From: Mobula hypostoma
Lineage: Eukaryota
Direction of reading: 5' to 3'
Assembly: GCF_963921235.1 (NCBI RefSeq)
Contig: NC_086097.1
Coordinates: forward strand, 6,510,001-6,574,000
DNA length: 64,000 bases
Shown: piece by piece, positions 58,828 through 64,000 of the stretch
Layout: every line of letters starts with the position of its first letter
Position numbering within the stretch: the stretch's first letter is position 1
Program-made: the position numbers and the translations under genes
Notes under the pieces: generated by a model
The model's database searches: none
The model's input: the letters and a program-made list of their open reading frames with translations, nothing else
Told to the model about the DNA's origin: nothing

Positions 58828-61592
58828 GGGCTGGGAAATGAATGTTCGGTGATATACGTCCTATCGAAAGGACAGACAGTTGGGCAGAGGGGGTGGAGTG
58901 GCTCTGTCGGTGAGGAATGAAATTCAGTCCCTTGCGAGGGGTGACATAGAATCAGGAGATATAGAGTCAATATGGATAGAACTGAGAAATTGTAAGGGCA
59001 AAAAGACCCTAATGGGAGTTATCTACAGGCCCCCAAACCGTAGCCTGGATGTAGGATGCAAGTTGAATCAAGAGTTAAAATTGGCATGTCGCAAAGGCAA
59101 AGCTACGGTTGTTATAGGGGATTTCAACATGCAGGTAGACTGGGAAAATCAGGTTGGTACTGGACCCCAAGAAAGGGAGTTTGTGGAGTGCCTCTGAGAT
59201 GGATTCTTAGAGCAGCTTGTACTGGAGCCTACCAGGGAGAAGGCAATTCTGGATCTAGTGTTGTGTAATGAACTGGATTTGATAAGGGAACTCGAGGTAA
59301 AGGAGCCATTAGGAGGTAGTGACCATAATATGATAAGTTTTAATCTACAATTTGAGAGGGAGAAGGGAAAATCAGTAGTGTCAGTATTACAGTTGAACAA
59401 AGGGGACTATGGAGCCATGAGGGAGGAGCTGGCCAAAGTTGACTGAAAAGATACCCTAGCAGGGATGACAGTGGAACAACAATGGCAGGTATTTCTGGGA
59501 ATAATACAGCAGGTGCAGGATCAGTTCATTCCAAAGAAGAAGAAAGATTCTAAGGAGAGTAAGGGGCGACTGTGTCTGACAAGGGAAGTCAAGGACAGTA
59601 TAAAAATAAAAGAGAGGAAGTATAACATAGCAAAGATGAGTGGGAAGCCAGAGGATTAGGAAACTTTTAAAGAGCAACAGAAAAAAATTAAAAAGGCAAT
59701 ACGGGGAGAAAACATAAGGTACAAAGGTAAGCTAGCCAAGAATATAAAGGAGGATAGTAAAAGCTTCTTTCAGTGTGTGAAGAGGAAAAAATTAGTTAAG
59801 ACCAAAGTTGGGCCCTTGAAGACAGAAATGGGTGAATTTATTATGGAGAACAAAGAAATTGCAGAGGAGTTGAACAGGTACTTTGGATCTGTCTTCACTA
59901 GGGAAGACACAAACAATCTCCCAGATGTAATAGTGACCAGGGGACCTGGGGAAACGGAGGAACTGAATGAAATTCACATTAGGCAGAAAATGGTGTTGGA
60001 TAGACTGATGGGACTGAAGGCTGATAAATCCCCATGGCTTGATGGTCTGCATCCCAGGGTACTTAAGGAGGTGGTTCCGGAAATCGTGGATGCATTGGTA
60101 ATCATTTTCGAATGTTCTATAGATTCAGGATCAGTTCCTGTGGATTGGAGGGTAGCTAATGTTATCCCACTTTGTAAGAAAGGAGGGAGAGAGAAAACAG
60201 GGAATTATAGACCAGTTAGTCTGACATCAGTAGTGGGGAAGATGCTGGAGTTAATTATAAAAGATGAAATAGCGGCAAATTTGGATAGCAGTAACAGGAG
60301 TGGTCTGAGTCAGCATGGATTTACCAAGGGGAAATTATGCTTGGCTAATCTTCTGGAATTTTTTGAGGATGTAACTATGAAACTGGAGAGAGCCAGTGGA
60401 TGTAGTGTACCTGGATTTTCAAAAAGCCTTTGATAAGGTCCCACATAGGAGATTAGTGGGCAAAATTGGAGCACATGGTATTGGGGGTAGGGTACTGACA
60501 TGGATAGAAAATTGGCTGGCAGTCAGGAAACGAAGAGTAGGGATTAACGGGTCCTTTTCAGAATGACAGGCAGTGACTAGTGGGGTACCGCAAGGCTCAG
60601 TGCTGGGACTGCAGCCATTTATACATTGTACATGAATGATTTAGATGAAGGGATTAAAAGTAACAAGAGCAATTTTGCAGATGACGCAAAGCTGGGTGGC
60701 AGTGTGAAATGTGAGGAGGATGTTATGAGAATGCAGGGTGACTTGGACAGGTTGGGTGAGTGGGCAGATGCAGTTTAATGTGGATAAATGTGAGGTTATC
60801 CACTTTGGTGGCAAGAACAGGAAGGCAGATTACTATCTGAATGGTGTCAAGTTAGGAAAAGGGGAAGTACAATGAGATCTAGGTGTCCTTGTTCATCAGT
60901 CACTGAAAGTAAGCATGCAGGTACAGCAGGCAGTGAAGAAAACTAATGACGTGTTGGCCTTCATAACAAGGGGAATTGAGTATAGGAGCAAAGAGGTCCT
61001 TCTGCAGTTGTACAGGGCCCTGGTGTGACCACACCTGGAGTATTGTGTGCAGTTTTGGTCTCCAAATTTGAGGAAGGACATTCTTGCTATTGAGAGAGTG
61101 CAGCGTAGGTTCATGAGGTTAATTCCCAGGATGGCGGGACTGTCATATGTTGAAAGATTGGAGCAACTGGGCTTGTATACACTGGAATTTAGAAGGATGA
61201 GCGGGGTTCAGATTGAAACATATAAGATTATTAAGGGATTGGACAAGCTAGAGGCAGAAAACACGTTCCCGATGTTGGGGGAGTCCAGAACCAAAGGCCA
61301 CAGTTTAAGAATAAGGGGTAGGCTATTTAGAACGGAGTTGAGGAAAAACTTTTTCACCCAGAGAGTGGTGGATCTGTGGAATGCTCTGCGTCAGAAGGCA
61401 GTGGAGGCCAAGTCTCTGGATGCTTTCAAGAAAGAGTTAGATAGAGCTCTGAAAGATAGTGGAGTCAAAGGATATGGTGAGAAGGCAGAAACGGGGTACA
61501 GATTGTGGATGATCGGCCATGATCGCAATGAATGGTGGTGCTGGCTCGAAGGGCCAAATGGCCTACTACTGCACCTATTGTCTATTGTCTAT
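58828..61592 (+). mobile_element. CR1 LINE ORF2 (EN-RT), 5'-truncated, with multiple stops and frameshifts
   Basis: GGGVALSV..WIELRN..IGDFN, SDHNM, NYRPVSLTS, QFWSPNLRKD..FFTQRVV; tail CTATTGTCTATTGTCTAT. Confidence 0.95.
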
Positions 61593-61594
61593 AA

Positions 61595-61770
61595 AATGCT
61601 GGAGGGTATCAGCAGTTCAGGCAACATCTTTGAGAATGAATAATCAGTCAACATTTTGGGCTGAGACCCTTTTTCAGTACTGGAAAGGAAGGGGGAAGAT
61701 GCCAGAATAAAAAGGTGGGAGGAGGGAAAGGAGGACTACTTAGAAGCTGACAGGTGAGGCCAAGTGGGTG
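61595..61770 (-). mobile_element. PLE terminal-repeat fragment with decayed hammerhead
   Basis: CAGTCAACATTTTGGGCTGAGACCCTTTTCAGTACTGG. Confidence 0.65.
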
Positions 61771-61884
61771 TTAAGGATTAAGTGCTGTAAAAGAAGAAAT
61801 ATGAGCAAGTCTGGGTGAGTATATGGTTGAAGAATCAGAGGGTAGGCCTCATTTGGAGTATTATGTGCAGGTTTAGATTACATA

Positions 61885-64000
61885 AGATTAGATTCAACTT
61901 TATTGTCATTGTGCCGAGGACTGATACAAAGCCAATGAAATGCAGTTAACATCTGATCAGAAATGCAAAGAATAGTGTTATTTACAAAATAACTGCAAAT
62001 AAAAAGTGCTACAGTACACAAATACAAAAGTACTGAGACAGTAGAATATGGGTATAATACTGCTTAGCGCTGTGATGTGAGGTTCAGCAGAGTCACAGCC
62101 TCAGGGAAGAAGCTCTTCCTGGGCCTGCTGGTGCGGGAGCGGAGACTCCTGTAGCGCCTACCGGATGGGAGGAGATTTAAAAAGTCCACGATTAGGATGA
62201 GATGCATCCTTGATAATGCTTTTCACCCTGCCCAGGCAGCGTTGATGTATGCTCTCAATGGTACAGTGGTAAAAGTCCGTCAGTATCCTGGGACAGAGGT
62301 GAGCTTTCTTGATGCTCCGCAGGAATTAAAGACGCTGTTGCGCCTTTTTGATCAGGATGGAGGAGTTCAGGGACCAGGTGAGATCCTCAGAAATGTGGAC
62401 ACCAAGGAATTTGAAGCTTGATACATGCTCCACTACAGCTCCATTGATGTAGATGGGGATCTGAGTGTGGCTCCTAGCATGCCTGAAGTCCACAATGATC
62501 TCCTTGGTCTTCTGGATGTTAAGGGCCAGGTTGTTGTCGGCACATCACGTGGCCAGGTGCTAGACCTTGTCCCTGTAGGCCATCTCGTCATCCCCTCTGA
62601 TCAGGCCAACCACCGTGGTGTCATCTGCAAACTTGATTATGGAGTTAGAACCATGTACAGGAACGCGGTCATAGGTGAAAAGGGAGTACAGAAGAGGGCT
62701 CAGCACACAGCCTTGAGGCACGCCGGTGTTCAGGATGAGAGTGGAGGAGGAGAGGTTGTCTAACTTAACTGATTGGGGTTTGTTAGTCAGAAAATCCAAG
62801 GTCCAATTGCAGAGGGATGAGCTGATACCAAGCTGGCGAAGTCTCGCAATCAGCTTGGAGGGGATCACAGTATTGAATGCCAAACTGAAGTCGATGAACA
62901 ACATTCTGACGTAAGAGTTGGGGCTGTCCAGGTAGGTCAGGGCAGAGTGAAGTACCGTGGAGATGGCGTCCTCTGTTGACCTGTTGGTGCGATAGGCAAA
63001 TTGATGGGGGTCCAGTGCAGTGAGCAGACAGGATTTCAGGTGTGATAGAACCAGTCTCTCAAAGCACTTTGCAATGATGGGGGTGAGTGCAACTGGACGG
63101 AAGTCATTCAGGCCTGTGGCAGTGGAATGCTTCAGCACTGGCACGATGGTGGCGATCTTGAAGCTTGTGGGGACAACTGCCTGGACCAGGGACAGATTAA
63201 AAATGTCCGTGAAGCCCCCGGCCAACTGCCCTGCACAGACTCTGAGCACACAGCCAGGTATTCCATCCAGACCAGCTGCCTTCTGTACATTCACCCTGCT
63301 CAGGGTGGCACAAACATCGGAGGTGGAAAGTGAGAGAGGCGGTTCACCAGGTGGGAGATCCGCTTTGAGGGTGACCTCCTTGTTCCCTCGGTCAAAGCGA
63401 GCGTAGAAGTAATTGAGCTCATCAGGGAGGGAAGCAGAGCTGGAAGGGGGCACAGTACTAGGTAGTTTGAAATCTGTAATGACCTGTATGTAATGCCACA
63501 TGCTCCTGGAGTCCGAGGAGTTGAAATGCTGTTTGTATATGTGTTTAGCCTGAGAGATTTCTCTCCTCAGGTTGGCCCTGGCTGAGCTGTAAGCCTCCCG
63601 GTCTCCAGATCTGAAGGCTGAATCTCTGGCTTTGAGCAGGGGGCAAACTTCTCTGTTCATCCATGGTTTCTGATTGGGGAAAACTTTTATTTGTTTCTGT
63701 CATGTGACTCCATCTACACACTTGTTGACGTGCTCAAGGATAGAGTTGGTATATAAGTCAATATTAATCTGAGAGTCTGTGGTGGCATGGACAGCAAACG
63801 TTGTGCGCTGGAATTGGTGCTGAAGAGCAGAGTCAGCACCCTCCCACCAGATGTTAATAGTCTTCATTGTGGGTTTAACACATTTAATGATCGGGCTATA
63901 CTTGGGAAGCAGAAACAGTGAAAGATGGTCAGACTGTCCCAGGTGGGGGTGGGTAGTGGCTTTGTAAGCGTCAGCCACATTTGTGTCGACATGATCTAAG
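61885..64000 (-). mobile_element. Rex1/Babar-type LINE (endonuclease C-terminus, RT, 3' UTR), runs off window end
   Basis: PHLGQSDHLSLFLLP (63700-63978); RT ORF 62560-63660; tail AGATTAGATTCAACTTTATTG. Confidence 0.93.
62560..63660 (-). pseudogene. Rex1/Babar ORF2 reverse transcriptase segment (366-aa open frame)
   Basis: LNDFRPVALTPII, QFAYRTNRSTEDAI, MLFIDFSLAFNT, GVPQGCVLSPLLY, KFADDTT; frame broken on both sides. Confidence 0.9.

Overview
This window is repeat-dense vertebrate nuclear DNA. I recognised no host protein-coding exon, rRNA, intact tRNA or CRISPR array; it reads as intronic or intergenic. The repeat mix points to a cartilaginous fish, probably a ray or skate (inference). It includes many CR1 LINEs with (TTTCTATG)n/(TCTTATGG)n tails, Rex1/Babar-type LINEs, Penelope-like elements (PLEs) with GIY-YIG endonuclease, V-domain (HE1-like) SINEs, RTE derivatives and hAT, mariner, Tc1 and pogo relics, often nested. 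The only long ORFs are retroelement proteins: a 751-aa CR1 RT (38151-40406), a 322-aa CR1 RT remnant (8585-9553) and a 366-aa Rex1/Babar RT (62560-63660, minus). The most interesting hidden layer is RNA structure: three classes of self-cleaving ribozyme motif sit at retroelement termini. (1) Minimal hammerheads lie in PLE terminal repeats (best copy 10555-10589). (2) Twister-like cores lie at the 5' ends of a short RTE-derived element (40833-40916 plus, 43805-43857 minus). (3) HDV/CPEB3-like nested double pseudoknots lie at the start of two ~0.5-kb non-coding elements (25659-25842 minus; a weaker one at 31563-31732 minus), both apparently with a hairpin inserted in L3. All folds were assigned by eye, most copies are decayed, and activity is untested. 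Repeat boundaries without a stated TSD or TIR are approximate.
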